In this document: piece after piece, positions 16,601-25,864 of the stretch | Numbering within the stretch: the stretch's first letter is position 1 | Layout: every line of letters starts with the position of its first letter | Assembly (NCBI GenBank): GCA_017650345.1 | Contig: JAGCFB010000070.1 | Location: 1-57,111 of the forward strand | Length of the DNA stretch: 57,111 bases | Reading direction: 5' to 3' | Source of the DNA: Kiritimatiellia bacterium | GTDB lineage: Bacteria; Verrucomicrobiota; Kiritimatiellia; RFP12; UBA1067 | Translations under genes and position numbers: made by a program | Notes under the pieces: generated by a model | What the model saw: the letters and a program-made list of their open reading frames with translations, nothing else | What the model was told of the DNA's origin: nothing | The model's database searches: none

Positions 16601-19600
16601 GCTCCTTCTCCATGAAGAACACGTACGGCGAGGTCGTCCTCACCGAGGACAACGAGGACCCGGACGCCCGCTGCATGTACGTGACGATCAACGCTAGCCG
16701 CGACAAGCCCGACACCTCCATGTTCCTCGAGCTCTGCAACATCGACGGCACGCAGTTCTCGTCCTACAGGCTCAAGGCCGAGGTCGTAACCACGACGCTG
16801 ACCGACGACCTCATCCCGCTCAACGAGTACTTCGAGCCCGACTACTGCACGTTCAGCGTATTCAACCTCGACCCCGAGCTCACGTTCGTCGGCGCGAACA
16901 TCGGCATGCAGTACTCCGTCAGGGACGGCGCCTCCACGAACGTCGTCTCCGTCTCCCGCAACGAGGACATCAACATCGACTGGACGGTCAAGGACTTCGT
17001 GACGTTCGACCAGGGCGACGGCTCCGACCTCACGGTCACGTGGAACTCCTCCGAGCCCGGCTCCAGGAAGGTCTTCACCGACCAGACCGAGGGAACCGTC
17101 ACGATGAGCTTCTCGTCCTCGGGCGACAAGCGCATCATCTGCACCGTCACCGACAAGGACGGCGGCTCCAACTCCTACGAGTGGTTCTTCTACGTCGAGG
17201 CGTCCAAGCGCATGTACGTCTATCCGCTCGGACCGAGGCGCAGCTCGCTCACTGACGCGCTGTCCAGGTACGCGACGGCCGACGGCCTCGGCGTCGGCAT
17301 CGTCGAGGGCAGCGGCAGCATAGGCGGAATCGAGAACTTCCGCCAGGGCTGGGACTACCCGGTCAACGACTCCTCCGCGTTCGCATGGGCGCGCGGACTC
17401 AGGGCCGGCGAGTCCGACCAGTCGCTGCGCGCGGGCCGCGCGCGCACCTGGTGGGTAGGACAGGACGGATCCGGCGTCAACAGCGCCGACCAGGCGTACG
17501 TCAACCCCGACGAGACGTTCGACAGCTTCTTCTACGCCGCGTTCAGCCAGATGCCCGACGAGTCCGGCCGCTTCGAGACCGCGCTCCTCAAGTTCGAGCC
17601 TCACATGGCGCAGGATTCCCGCAGCGACGAGCTTGCGGACGCGACCATCGCGCTCCCGAAGGCCGAGAAGGACGCCGTCGCCTACGACGACCGCCACGTC
17701 GAGATGATCTTCTCGAAGGAATGGCGCGAGCTCGACAACTGCGGCGACATCAACCAGGACGGCGTTCCGGACTTCATCATCAAGAACTACGGACTCGGCG
17801 TTTACGACAAGGCGTCCGTGAGCCTCGCCGACGACCTCCTCAGCGCCGCCGGCTACAACGACGACGAGGACTACCTGCCGCAGAACGCCTCCTCCGGCAT
17901 CACGATCGTCCCCAACACCCAGGACAAGTGGCAGGACAACGGCGGCGCGTTCAACGCCAAGCTCGAGGTCCGCGGCTGGGGCGAGGGACTCAACCGCGGC
18001 TATCTCGACGCCCAGGGCAATCCGCCGGCGCCGGACTACACGACGAACGAAAAGCGCGCCTGGCTGCTCTGGAGGGGACTCGCCACCAAGGACGAGCTCG
18101 CCGCCAAGTCCGCCGACGCCGTTGACGCGCTCTTCAACGACAACATCGCGGACGCCACCGACGACCTCGCGCTCGCGAACAGGACGAACGGCGCCGAGGG
18201 CTGGAGTCCCGAGCGTCCGACCGATCCGACGGTTGCGGACACCGACGAGGACGGACTCCCCGACGGCTACGAGTACTGGTTCTGGTACGGAGCCAGGGTC
18301 GGATACGACAAGGACGGCACGTGGCAGGGTCCGATGACCGGACGCTTCCTCAACCTCGACGACCTTGAGGAGCCCACCATCATCCAGTCCGACGCCATCT
18401 GCGAGGCGTTCGATCCGCTCGCGGTCAACAACTACACGACCGCCCGCGACTTCGACGGCGACGGACTCACCGACGCCGAGGAGCTTGCGATCGGCACCAA
18501 CCCCGTTGACTGCGACACCGACGGCGACGGCTGCTCCGACGGCTACGAAGTCATGTGGGGCATGAACCCGATCGACGCCGCCGACGGCACCGGCAACCCG
18601 TCCAACCCCGACGGCGACTGCATGGCCTACACGCCCGCCTCCTCGTCCAGGATCGTCACCTTTGAGATGGAGGGCCCCGTACCCGGCACGAGCTTCAACT
18701 ACATGTACCTCGTCTCTTACATCGACGACGACACCCAGACCTTCGAGGGCTCGCTCCTCAGGACCTCCGCCAACGAGATCGACGTCGCCGACGTGACTCG
18801 CACGTTCCGCGGCGAGCAGATACCCGTCTCGCTCGGCAACTTCACCGTCAAGAGCTACAAGAACGCGTTGAACTTCACCGTGTCCGAAACGGGTCTCGCG
18901 CTCTACCACGACCAGGTTTACAAGGTGTTCGGATTCGATCCGCGCACTGCCTGGACAGGCGGCTGCATCCACGGCAACATCCCGCGCTGGTGCCATTCCT
19001 GCCACCCGAAGGACGACAAGCGCCAGGGCTCTCTCAACGTCGACACCGGAAAGGTAATCAACACCCGCGGACTCACCCAGCTCGACGAGTACCTGTGGGG
19101 CAAGTATCACGGCATCGTCAGGCTTGCCACGGACAAGACCGTCCTCGACATCCTCCGCAACAGCTGCACGAACCCGAACGCAACGTTCGACAAGACGTAC
19201 GGCGACTGGAGCGCCAACGTCGCCGACACCCAGCACGGCGCGGATACCGACGGCGACGCCTGCCCGGACGGCTGGACGATGTATGTCGGCGGCGACCCCA
19301 TCACGCCGCAGCCCGGCGCGACGCACTTCGGCGCGCTGAACAACGACGGCGACCTGCTCCAGAACTCGGGCGAGTTCGCGGGACTCGACTCCTCCGAGAA
19401 GTACTCGGCTTGCGAGAGCCTCGCGAAGGGCAAGCCCGAGCAGTGGCTCAACAAGTTCTGGCCGACGGATCCGAGCGACGAGGACACCGACGCCGACGGA
19501 CTTTCCGACAGCGCGGAGTCCGGCGTCTGGGACGACGCCTACCCCGACACCTCGTCCGATACCACCCCCTGGTCGTTCTCCTTCTGCTACACGACTGCGA

Positions 19601-22600
19601 CGGACGACGGCGTCACGCTCTGCTACCGCGGCGGCGGCCTCAACCCCTGCACGGCGGATACGGACTTCGACAACCTCCCCGACGCGTGGGAGATGTTCTA
19701 CGCCGGCATCGTTGTGGACGGTCCCGGCTACCAAAGCCAGTACGAGGCGTGCGACGGCGTCGGCCTCTCCAGCTACAGCCCGACGGGACCGTACGTCACC
19801 GGCGGCATGGACGCGACGGACTCGAACGACGCCTACACGACTTCGGAGGGCATCGATGATGTGACCGGAACCGTCCGCGACTACGACTGGGACGGCGACG
19901 GACTCGAGAACTACCAGGAGTACCTGATCCAGTCCGTCCGCTGCTGGCGCTACGACGACACGCTCACGCCTCTCATGGGCCGCGGCATCATCTGGGGCGA
20001 GGCCGGCGTCGAGGACACGCCGCCCAGGCTGTCCGAGCCCGTCGAGGGCGGAATGATCCCGATGAACATACTCAGCGGCGTCAACTTCTTCCAGACCGTG
20101 AAGACCTCCCCGCTCTGGGCCGCCTACTGCGAGGGCAACCCGGCGTTCGAGGACATGACGTCGTTCGACTACGTCAAGCTCGGCTACATGGCGCCGTGCT
20201 CGAAGCGCTGGGACATGATGCGCATGAAGGCTGCCTACGCCGACACCGACGAGCTCGTCGTCGAGATCGGCGAGGGCGAGGAAGGCGAGACCGTCATCGG
20301 CGAGGTCTATAACGCCTCCAGCTTCGGCGTCAAGGTCGCTCCCGGCATCTGCTGGATGCGCAAGCCGCACGCGCTCGTCGATGTGCTGACCGGAGCCGCC
20401 GGCTCGACCACGCTGAGGTGGAAGGAGGGCTTCAAGTACGTCTCCTGCGATCCGCGCAAGTGGGACACGGACGCCGACGGACTCGACGACTTCTGGGAGG
20501 TTTACCACGGCCTCAACCCGCTCTACGGTAAGATCGACGTCGTCGGCAATACGTTCAACGTCATCAGGGCGACGGACAACATCTGGACGCAGGCCGCCGG
20601 AGGATTCGCGCTCGATCCCGCGACCCAGCCGTGGACTATCGGACATCCCGACGCCGACCCCGACGGCGACGGACTCCGCAACCGCGACGAGGGCATCACG
20701 GGCAACCTGACCGATCCGACCACCTACCACACCGACCCGACTCCGCTGTGGATGACGGATTCCACGACGCCCGCCAGCTACACGGTGCAGTACTACCGCT
20801 CCGACGTGGATGGCGTTATCGGCATGTACGACGAGGCCAACGAGATCGAGGAGGTCACTTCGTTCAACAGGTACGGCTGGCAGTACACAATCGACGAGGT
20901 GGCCGGCAGCATGCCCGGAACGCGCAGCACCGCAGACTCGCAGGCCGACTCCGAGATTGCGCCACACGACTACATCTTCTCCTTCGAGAGGAACGAGGGC
21001 TACGACACCGACGGCGACTGGCGCGGCGACGGACACGAGGTCGCGCGCCTCGCGATGAGCACGAGCGATCCGCTCGACATGACCGATCCCGACCGCCGCG
21101 CGGCGCTCTACCTGCCCGGCCAGGACGCCTGCGCCTACTCGTTCAACGAGAGCAGGCAGTCCCTCGCCGCCTACGACACGTTCCGCCAGTTCACGGTCGA
21201 GTGCTGGGTAAAGCCCGAGGCGACCGGACGCGAGCAGACGATCCTCGAGCGCGGCTTCTCCTATCCGATGTCCAACCTCGCCAACAGCGAGACGGTCTGG
21301 CGCGTCAACTTCCGCCTGGCCCTGGACGCCTCCGGCCACGTGATCGGCATGTTCGACAACGACAACGCCGTTCCGAGCGGAACCGAGGGCAACGGATCCG
21401 TGTTCGTCGATGGCGGCGAGCTGGCCCTCAACGACTGGACGCACGTCGCGCTGACCTTCGACGGCAGCACGCTGTCCATCTACGTTGACGGACTCCGCCG
21501 CGACGTGGCGACTACGGCGCTCATCCCCGCGAACGGCGTCTATGTGTTCCTGCAGGAGCCGACGAAGGGCTTCTATCCGGCCTACCAGTACGCCAGCTAC
21601 GAGGGCGCGAACGTCGTCGGCGCGCACCGCACCGTCACCTCGTTCGCGTGGCACGGAGAGGACGCGACGTTCGAACAGTTCGACCAGTTCTTCAAGGGGT
21701 GGGTCGCGGAGGTCCGCTTCTGGGACGGCGCCCGCACCGCCGCCGAGATCAGGTCCGCCTACAGGAAGCGCATGAGCGAGGAGGACATCGAGGAGAACCG
21801 CCAGGAGGTCTATGCCGCCTGGAAGGAGGGCAAGACCCGCAACAACAACGACGGCAACGAGAACCTTCCGGCCATGCTGAAGGTCCTCTACAACTTCGCG
21901 CAGCTCCCGGCCGCCGCGAAGGCCAGCGACGTGTCGCAGCTTCCGAGCGGTTTCGAGAGCGTGATCGAGAACAGCGGACTTCCCGCCGAAGACACCGAGA
22001 TCGGCTGGTGGAAGGATTCGCCGCTGCGCTCGACGGTTTACACCGACGCGCACGTCGTGCCGCAGGCCAAGAACGTGTTCAACACGCTGCCGATCATGAG
22101 CGGCACCTTCATGGACTCCATGTACTGGTCGCAGCTCTTCGCCGGATACGTCTCGGCGTCGTCGAACGGCGTCAGCAACCACAACATCCCCGACGGCGGC
22201 TTCCCGTACGGCGACAGCTTCTACCTCAACGAGCTGGAGGTCGGCTACTGGAGGCTCCTGAGGAAGGGCTTCTACCTCTACGGCGTCGATCTCAGCGACG
22301 ATGAGGCGGAGGCCGAGCTCGAGTCCACCGACACATCCGTCGAATATCCGCACCGCAAGTACAGGTTCGACCTGATCAACCGCTTCTTGGGGATGGATTC
22401 GCTCGTACCGCTCGGCGGCGCGTACGCCAGGGTCGATAAGACGTACTGGGACGACATGGGTCCGTCCTCCGCCTGGACCGAGACGCGCGAGGACGCGGAC
22501 GGCGATGATCTCCCCGACTGGTGGGAGGCCGTGGCGGCCTCGAAGTACGGGGCGCCCGACGCGGAGACGCTGACGGCCAGGACGACCGTCAACTACAACG

Positions 22601-25600
22601 GCGTCGAGATGTTCGCGTACGAGGCCTACCTCCGCGACCTCGCGGCCGGCATGCAGCCCGGCGGCTCCGTCAACTCCGGATACGCGAGCACGGCGGACGC
22701 GGACGGCGACGGACTCGTCGACTGGTGGCAGGACATCTACGACGTCAAGGGCGGCGCCGCCGGAGACGACGATGCCGACGGCCTCGCCAACTTCGTCGAG
22801 TACGTCCTCACCGAGTACTTCAAGGTCGGAACGTTCAGCCCGATCAATCCGTTCAGCGTGAGCAAGTACGCCAGCGACTACTTCTACCGCGTCGGAGAGT
22901 CCTACGTCGGCGAGATCTTCACCGACTTCGACCGCACGAGCGACCAGTGGGAGGACAAGTACGACGGCGTGTCGCGCTACATCTACGACGCGAATGCGGA
23001 CGCCGACAACGACGGCTGGTCCAACCAGTCCGAGTTCCAGGCCGGAACCAACCCGACCAAGACCGGCTCGCTCTCGATCGACGAGGAGTGGATCAACGAG
23101 TATCCCGTGCCTGTCGTCGAGACGCACATCACCTACGAGGGAACGCAGTCCATCGCGGGCAAGCCGTTCGTCGTCCAGGCGTGGCATGACATGCCGCTCG
23201 GCGTGGCCGAGTCGGATCCGATCCCGGACGCCGTCTGGACCATCGGCGGCTCCTCCGACAGCACCAGCACCAGCACGAGCTCCAGCAGCTCCTCGAGCTC
23301 GGTCGATGAGGGCAACGGCTCCAAGTACGTCGGCATCAACCCCGGCAAGCAGATGCGCATCCATCTCTCGCCCGGCAGCGTCGTGGCCGGATCCGTCAAC
23401 GTCCAGGTCAAGGATCTCAACTGGGTCCTCTGGGACATGAACTCCGACATGACCTACGCGACCGATCCCGACGTCGCGATCTGGATTCCCGTCCTCACGG
23501 ACAGGCAGCGCATCGCCGAAACCGGAAAGGGCGACATCATCCGCAAGAACAACGAGCAGATCCTGGGCGAGATCGACTACGAGACCGGCGTCGCCACCAT
23601 CGACTTCTCGAAGCTCGACGGCTGGTACGGCATTGTCGGACAGCTGAGCTCGCAGGGCGTGACGCAGACCTCCGGCATGTATTCGATGTACCAGCTTGCC
23701 CAGAGCTACGTCAAGGTGACGTGGACGTCGATGCCCGTCGTGACCGGCGCCTCGGCCACCTACTACCTCGGCGAGCCCGACGCCCGCACGGCGGAGAACA
23801 ACTCCTTCGGACACCTCAAGGAGGGCTTGAACAAGTTCGTCGCGTTCTGCGACCTCGACGAGGACGGCAAGTACACGGCCGGCGAGCCCTACGGCGTCGC
23901 GCCCGACGTGAACGTCTCCTGGAGCAGCACGGCGTTCAGCATCGAGCTGACGGACACCACGCCCATCGTGACGCGCTTCGCCGTCGCGGCCGGCACGGCG
24001 AACGACCGCGAGGTCCTCTGGGGAACCGAGAACGGCGACGTCGCCAAGGAGATGATCACGGCTGGAGCCCTCTCCGGCGGACGCTACGAGCGTGTGAGGA
24101 TCGTCCGCACGTTCATCAACGGGCGTCCATGCGTCGAGCTCGGCGTCCAGGACCGCACGGTCCTCGACAAGGTGCTCGACCTCCAGAACGACGCGTACGT
24201 GACCGAGGCGGACTTCCTCGGCGACGGCAGCCTCGACCTCGATTGGGAGTACCTTGCCAGCGACATCAGGAACGGCAACATCAACGCGTCGAACCTCTCC
24301 ATCTCCAACGTGACGTACCGCGTCGTGCTCGGAAACGGAACGGTCGCGTTCGACGAGGAGAACAACCTCCTGTCGCTCGCGTTCAACAAGAGGTTCGACT
24401 CCAGGACCGTCTATCACAACGAGGCGACCCCGGTCCACCTCGGACCGTCCATCGTGACGACCCCGTCGCCCACGTTCGTCTGGACGATCCCGAACTCGCT
24501 CAACAGCTACACCGCGTTCGAGGTAGTCGTCCAGGACGAGTCCGGCAAGGAGATCTGGAGCTCCGGCCAGCGCCGCATGCCGGCCAGGATCCGCGACACC
24601 GACACCACCTGGCGCTACGAGTGGACCGCTCCGATCTTCGCGGACTCCTACCTGCCCGACGGCTCGAAGGTGTTCGAGAACAACAAGACGTACAAGTGGA
24701 ACGTCTCGGTGTTCAACTCGCTCTACAAGGACGACGACAACTTCGCGTCCGTCTCCACGCCGTTCCGCATGAACGTCGTCACCAACTCCGTTGACGCCGG
24801 CGTCATCAACGTCGCGGCCAGGTACTTCGGACAGTCCGCAGTGAAGAACAGCGGCAAGATCCGCGTCCAGGCGTTCAAGTCGCCCGACTTCAACGGCGTC
24901 CCCGTCGGCGAGGCCTGCGTCGCGAGCACGGCGGCCCTGGCGAACGGCGACAGCGAGCCTGTCGCGAACGCGAGGATCGTCGGGCTTCCGGCCGGCACCT
25001 ACTACGTGCGCGCCTTCATCGACACCCAGGCCGACGGCGAGTGCGCCGCATGGGAGTCGCAGGGCTTCGCGTGCGACCGCGACGTGCCGGGCGGCGTGAT
25101 CTACACGCCCGAGGCGGTCGTGATCGGACCCAAGTTCGGCGAGGGCGACCTCGTGAAGGTGTTCATCGAGGACGTCGATACGGACTGCGACAACCTGCCC
25201 GACGCGTGGGAATGGACGCAGAAGGGCAACCTCACGTCGCTGAGCGTCACGGCGCTCGACCAGACGCTGACGGGCTTCGTCGCGGTGAAGAAGTCGCTCA
25301 GCCAGACGTTCACCGGAACTGGCACGCTGACGTCCGGCCTCTCCGCGCGCCTCATGGGAGCGCTCGCGAGCCCGTACTCCGCGGCCATGGTCCTCGGCGT
25401 TGACGTCTCCGAGGCGGAGTCCGCCGACGATGCCGCGACCGCCATCGGCGCGGCCGTAGCCGAGGAGCTCGAGCCCAAGACCGTCCGCTTCACCTCCATC
25501 GCGCTCGACGTCGCCGGCAGGAAGGTGACGCTCGGAATCGAGACGGAGACGACGGACGTCGCAGACGCCGCGGTCGCCTCGCTCTACGAGTTCGACACGA

Positions 25601-25785
25601 CGGGCGCGCTCACGGTGACGATGCGCCTCTGGAGGAAGGAGACGCTCGACGGCGAGTGGTCCGAGATCGCAGCCGCCGCGCGCGACGTCACGATCGGCGC
25701 GGACGACGGCGACATCGAGCTTCCGCTCGGCGACGCCGACCTCGGCACGGGCGGATTCTTCAAGGTGACGCTCGAGAGGAAGTGA
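13609..25785 (+). CDS. Giant secreted protein (4,058 aa) with many thrombospondin type-3-like Ca-binding repeats and one LamG domain
   Basis: Signal peptide MMRKLAKSALVAIALGAATAASA. There are numerous DxDxDGxxDxxE motifs (DTDEDGLPDGYE, DFDGDGLTDAEE, DTDGDGCSDGYE, DWDGDGLENYQE, DPDGDGLRNRDE, DADGDGLVDWWQ). The LamG region lies at about 21100-21780 (FTVECWVKPEA...WTHVALTFDGSTLSIYVDG...WVAEVRFWDG). A Ser/Thr run lies at about 23250-23310. The C-terminus is ...GGFFKVTLERK. Confidence 0.85.
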   Translation: MMRKLAKSALVAIALGAATAASAGDIISIDALHGPVYAALNGGKSYPNPDNPLSIGETLSIRVRLINADRGESQDAHPWVLTGTSSMMPELGLSIGGVVRWAQLVSCEPAATTTKNSQHYFTDLIFQYTVRPGDLAQPVGLLNESLVEAEDGTSYAINMPSGLSLLGEDENLTEGYREVVWSYCSNGEVNDMKAYYPPKAGVDESGVPTSDKLLHGKSVYVKTIDFDSNYVDSGDETDPWIWRTIHKDSTKTTRWGNPSVVVDANADYSSTETGYATMYVWSENEMIIVPVGETQTREIDGVDRKVLPVKITTGDKSVPFTLRAVGAVGEGCWVFMSSAPQREYSATNGELKKNTVSRYVKVGEKLRPNISLTFGDNQWADAVASSDYSNPVEMYVTLSDVFESDVTVTVKPVLLDGDGNEIDVYAKHVIGTDATGDSGNGWLKSVTTLTFSGGVETEKSLFIFPLGATALSPRDKGGIEFRVESVTPAAASDYFVDRPVATLGVTAQKPEGTAAEDPYSFIANKARDVEIEVADGFRNIQHTADAADVAAAGDQLWKVVWNCNDDDDPDACTKYTWEGLVPQESVADPEKMVLALTGVKYPDVGEYESVVTVINPDGKQTQVAVSAEVSLPRTVVGTPDREDFTYTEGEKAQITVEITKKDNIDVYAYFDPINDDAKDGLSCANLAKVGNSGIEIPRGKTVAVTPMTVSVLDGTKTPSFRVVLSDKAVWEADAVDETSVREGYEFSKITLIVNNREPEGKSMEVGGGAVANGGVLGYSLPIDNRVTIKASVNDVKADLKLSSTVSDEAFKKWLEGGHDAEADVAAINEAGIFLTKFVFKNPAGRLLEADTIVVPGVNKSGVVSVQHEFNALGTNIVEVQMLDKDMFQALIDEGYTRSEIVDWVEEDGEGRWVVGIQDDQWGPKYVVGVPISDKPHVQIVPRNIYTSPNGQNGWNEDRAGADYGFNITLSDPAPRRLQVKVTLERTANTAVTDIKKLGSFSMKNTYGEVVLTEDNEDPDARCMYVTINASRDKPDTSMFLELCNIDGTQFSSYRLKAEVVTTTLTDDLIPLNEYFEPDYCTFSVFNLDPELTFVGANIGMQYSVRDGASTNVVSVSRNEDINIDWTVKDFVTFDQGDGSDLTVTWNSSEPGSRKVFTDQTEGTVTMSFSSSGDKRIICTVTDKDGGSNSYEWFFYVEASKRMYVYPLGPRRSSLTDALSRYATADGLGVGIVEGSGSIGGIENFRQGWDYPVNDSSAFAWARGLRAGESDQSLRAGRARTWWVGQDGSGVNSADQAYVNPDETFDSFFYAAFSQMPDESGRFETALLKFEPHMAQDSRSDELADATIALPKAEKDAVAYDDRHVEMIFSKEWRELDNCGDINQDGVPDFIIKNYGLGVYDKASVSLADDLLSAAGYNDDEDYLPQNASSGITIVPNTQDKWQDNGGAFNAKLEVRGWGEGLNRGYLDAQGNPPAPDYTTNEKRAWLLWRGLATKDELAAKSADAVDALFNDNIADATDDLALANRTNGAEGWSPERPTDPTVADTDEDGLPDGYEYWFWYGARVGYDKDGTWQGPMTGRFLNLDDLEEPTIIQSDAICEAFDPLAVNNYTTARDFDGDGLTDAEELAIGTNPVDCDTDGDGCSDGYEVMWGMNPIDAADGTGNPSNPDGDCMAYTPASSSRIVTFEMEGPVPGTSFNYMYLVSYIDDDTQTFEGSLLRTSANEIDVADVTRTFRGEQIPVSLGNFTVKSYKNALNFTVSETGLALYHDQVYKVFGFDPRTAWTGGCIHGNIPRWCHSCHPKDDKRQGSLNVDTGKVINTRGLTQLDEYLWGKYHGIVRLATDKTVLDILRNSCTNPNATFDKTYGDWSANVADTQHGADTDGDACPDGWTMYVGGDPITPQPGATHFGALNNDGDLLQNSGEFAGLDSSEKYSACESLAKGKPEQWLNKFWPTDPSDEDTDADGLSDSAESGVWDDAYPDTSSDTTPWSFSFCYTTATDDGVTLCYRGGGLNPCTADTDFDNLPDAWEMFYAGIVVDGPGYQSQYEACDGVGLSSYSPTGPYVTGGMDATDSNDAYTTSEGIDDVTGTVRDYDWDGDGLENYQEYLIQSVRCWRYDDTLTPLMGRGIIWGEAGVEDTPPRLSEPVEGGMIPMNILSGVNFFQTVKTSPLWAAYCEGNPAFEDMTSFDYVKLGYMAPCSKRWDMMRMKAAYADTDELVVEIGEGEEGETVIGEVYNASSFGVKVAPGICWMRKPHALVDVLTGAAGSTTLRWKEGFKYVSCDPRKWDTDADGLDDFWEVYHGLNPLYGKIDVVGNTFNVIRATDNIWTQAAGGFALDPATQPWTIGHPDADPDGDGLRNRDEGITGNLTDPTTYHTDPTPLWMTDSTTPASYTVQYYRSDVDGVIGMYDEANEIEEVTSFNRYGWQYTIDEVAGSMPGTRSTADSQADSEIAPHDYIFSFERNEGYDTDGDWRGDGHEVARLAMSTSDPLDMTDPDRRAALYLPGQDACAYSFNESRQSLAAYDTFRQFTVECWVKPEATGREQTILERGFSYPMSNLANSETVWRVNFRLALDASGHVIGMFDNDNAVPSGTEGNGSVFVDGGELALNDWTHVALTFDGSTLSIYVDGLRRDVATTALIPANGVYVFLQEPTKGFYPAYQYASYEGANVVGAHRTVTSFAWHGEDATFEQFDQFFKGWVAEVRFWDGARTAAEIRSAYRKRMSEEDIEENRQEVYAAWKEGKTRNNNDGNENLPAMLKVLYNFAQLPAAAKASDVSQLPSGFESVIENSGLPAEDTEIGWWKDSPLRSTVYTDAHVVPQAKNVFNTLPIMSGTFMDSMYWSQLFAGYVSASSNGVSNHNIPDGGFPYGDSFYLNELEVGYWRLLRKGFYLYGVDLSDDEAEAELESTDTSVEYPHRKYRFDLINRFLGMDSLVPLGGAYARVDKTYWDDMGPSSAWTETREDADGDDLPDWWEAVAASKYGAPDAETLTARTTVNYNGVEMFAYEAYLRDLAAGMQPGGSVNSGYASTADADGDGLVDWWQDIYDVKGGAAGDDDADGLANFVEYVLTEYFKVGTFSPINPFSVSKYASDYFYRVGESYVGEIFTDFDRTSDQWEDKYDGVSRYIYDANADADNDGWSNQSEFQAGTNPTKTGSLSIDEEWINEYPVPVVETHITYEGTQSIAGKPFVVQAWHDMPLGVAESDPIPDAVWTIGGSSDSTSTSTSSSSSSSSVDEGNGSKYVGINPGKQMRIHLSPGSVVAGSVNVQVKDLNWVLWDMNSDMTYATDPDVAIWIPVLTDRQRIAETGKGDIIRKNNEQILGEIDYETGVATIDFSKLDGWYGIVGQLSSQGVTQTSGMYSMYQLAQSYVKVTWTSMPVVTGASATYYLGEPDARTAENNSFGHLKEGLNKFVAFCDLDEDGKYTAGEPYGVAPDVNVSWSSTAFSIELTDTTPIVTRFAVAAGTANDREVLWGTENGDVAKEMITAGALSGGRYERVRIVRTFINGRPCVELGVQDRTVLDKVLDLQNDAYVTEADFLGDGSLDLDWEYLASDIRNGNINASNLSISNVTYRVVLGNGTVAFDEENNLLSLAFNKRFDSRTVYHNEATPVHLGPSIVTTPSPTFVWTIPNSLNSYTAFEVVVQDESGKEIWSSGQRRMPARIRDTDTTWRYEWTAPIFADSYLPDGSKVFENNKTYKWNVSVFNSLYKDDDNFASVSTPFRMNVVTNSVDAGVINVAARYFGQSAVKNSGKIRVQAFKSPDFNGVPVGEACVASTAALANGDSEPVANARIVGLPAGTYYVRAFIDTQADGECAAWESQGFACDRDVPGGVIYTPEAVVIGPKFGEGDLVKVFIEDVDTDCDNLPDAWEWTQKGNLTSLSVTALDQTLTGFVAVKKSLSQTFTGTGTLTSGLSARLMGALASPYSAAMVLGVDVSEAESADDAATAIGAAVAEELEPKTVRFTSIALDVAGRKVTLGIETETTDVADAAVASLYEFDTTGALTVTMRLWRKETLDGEWSEIAAAARDVTIGADDGDIELPLGDADLGTGGFFKVTLERK

Positions 25786-25793
25786 GCCGCAGT

Positions 25794-25825
25794 GCGGGGC
25801 CTCGCGCGAGGGCGCGGGGTCCCGC
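25794..25825 (+). terminator. GC-rich imperfect hairpin after the giant gene (possible operon terminator, no U-tract)
   Basis: GCGGGGCCTCGCGC-gag-GGCGCGGGGTCCCGC pairs at 12 of 14 arm positions. It starts 9 nt after the stop codon. No T-run follows. Confidence 0.3.
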
Positions 25826-25864
25826 CGGCATCCCAACAGGACGTTTAAACAAACAGGAGTCAAA

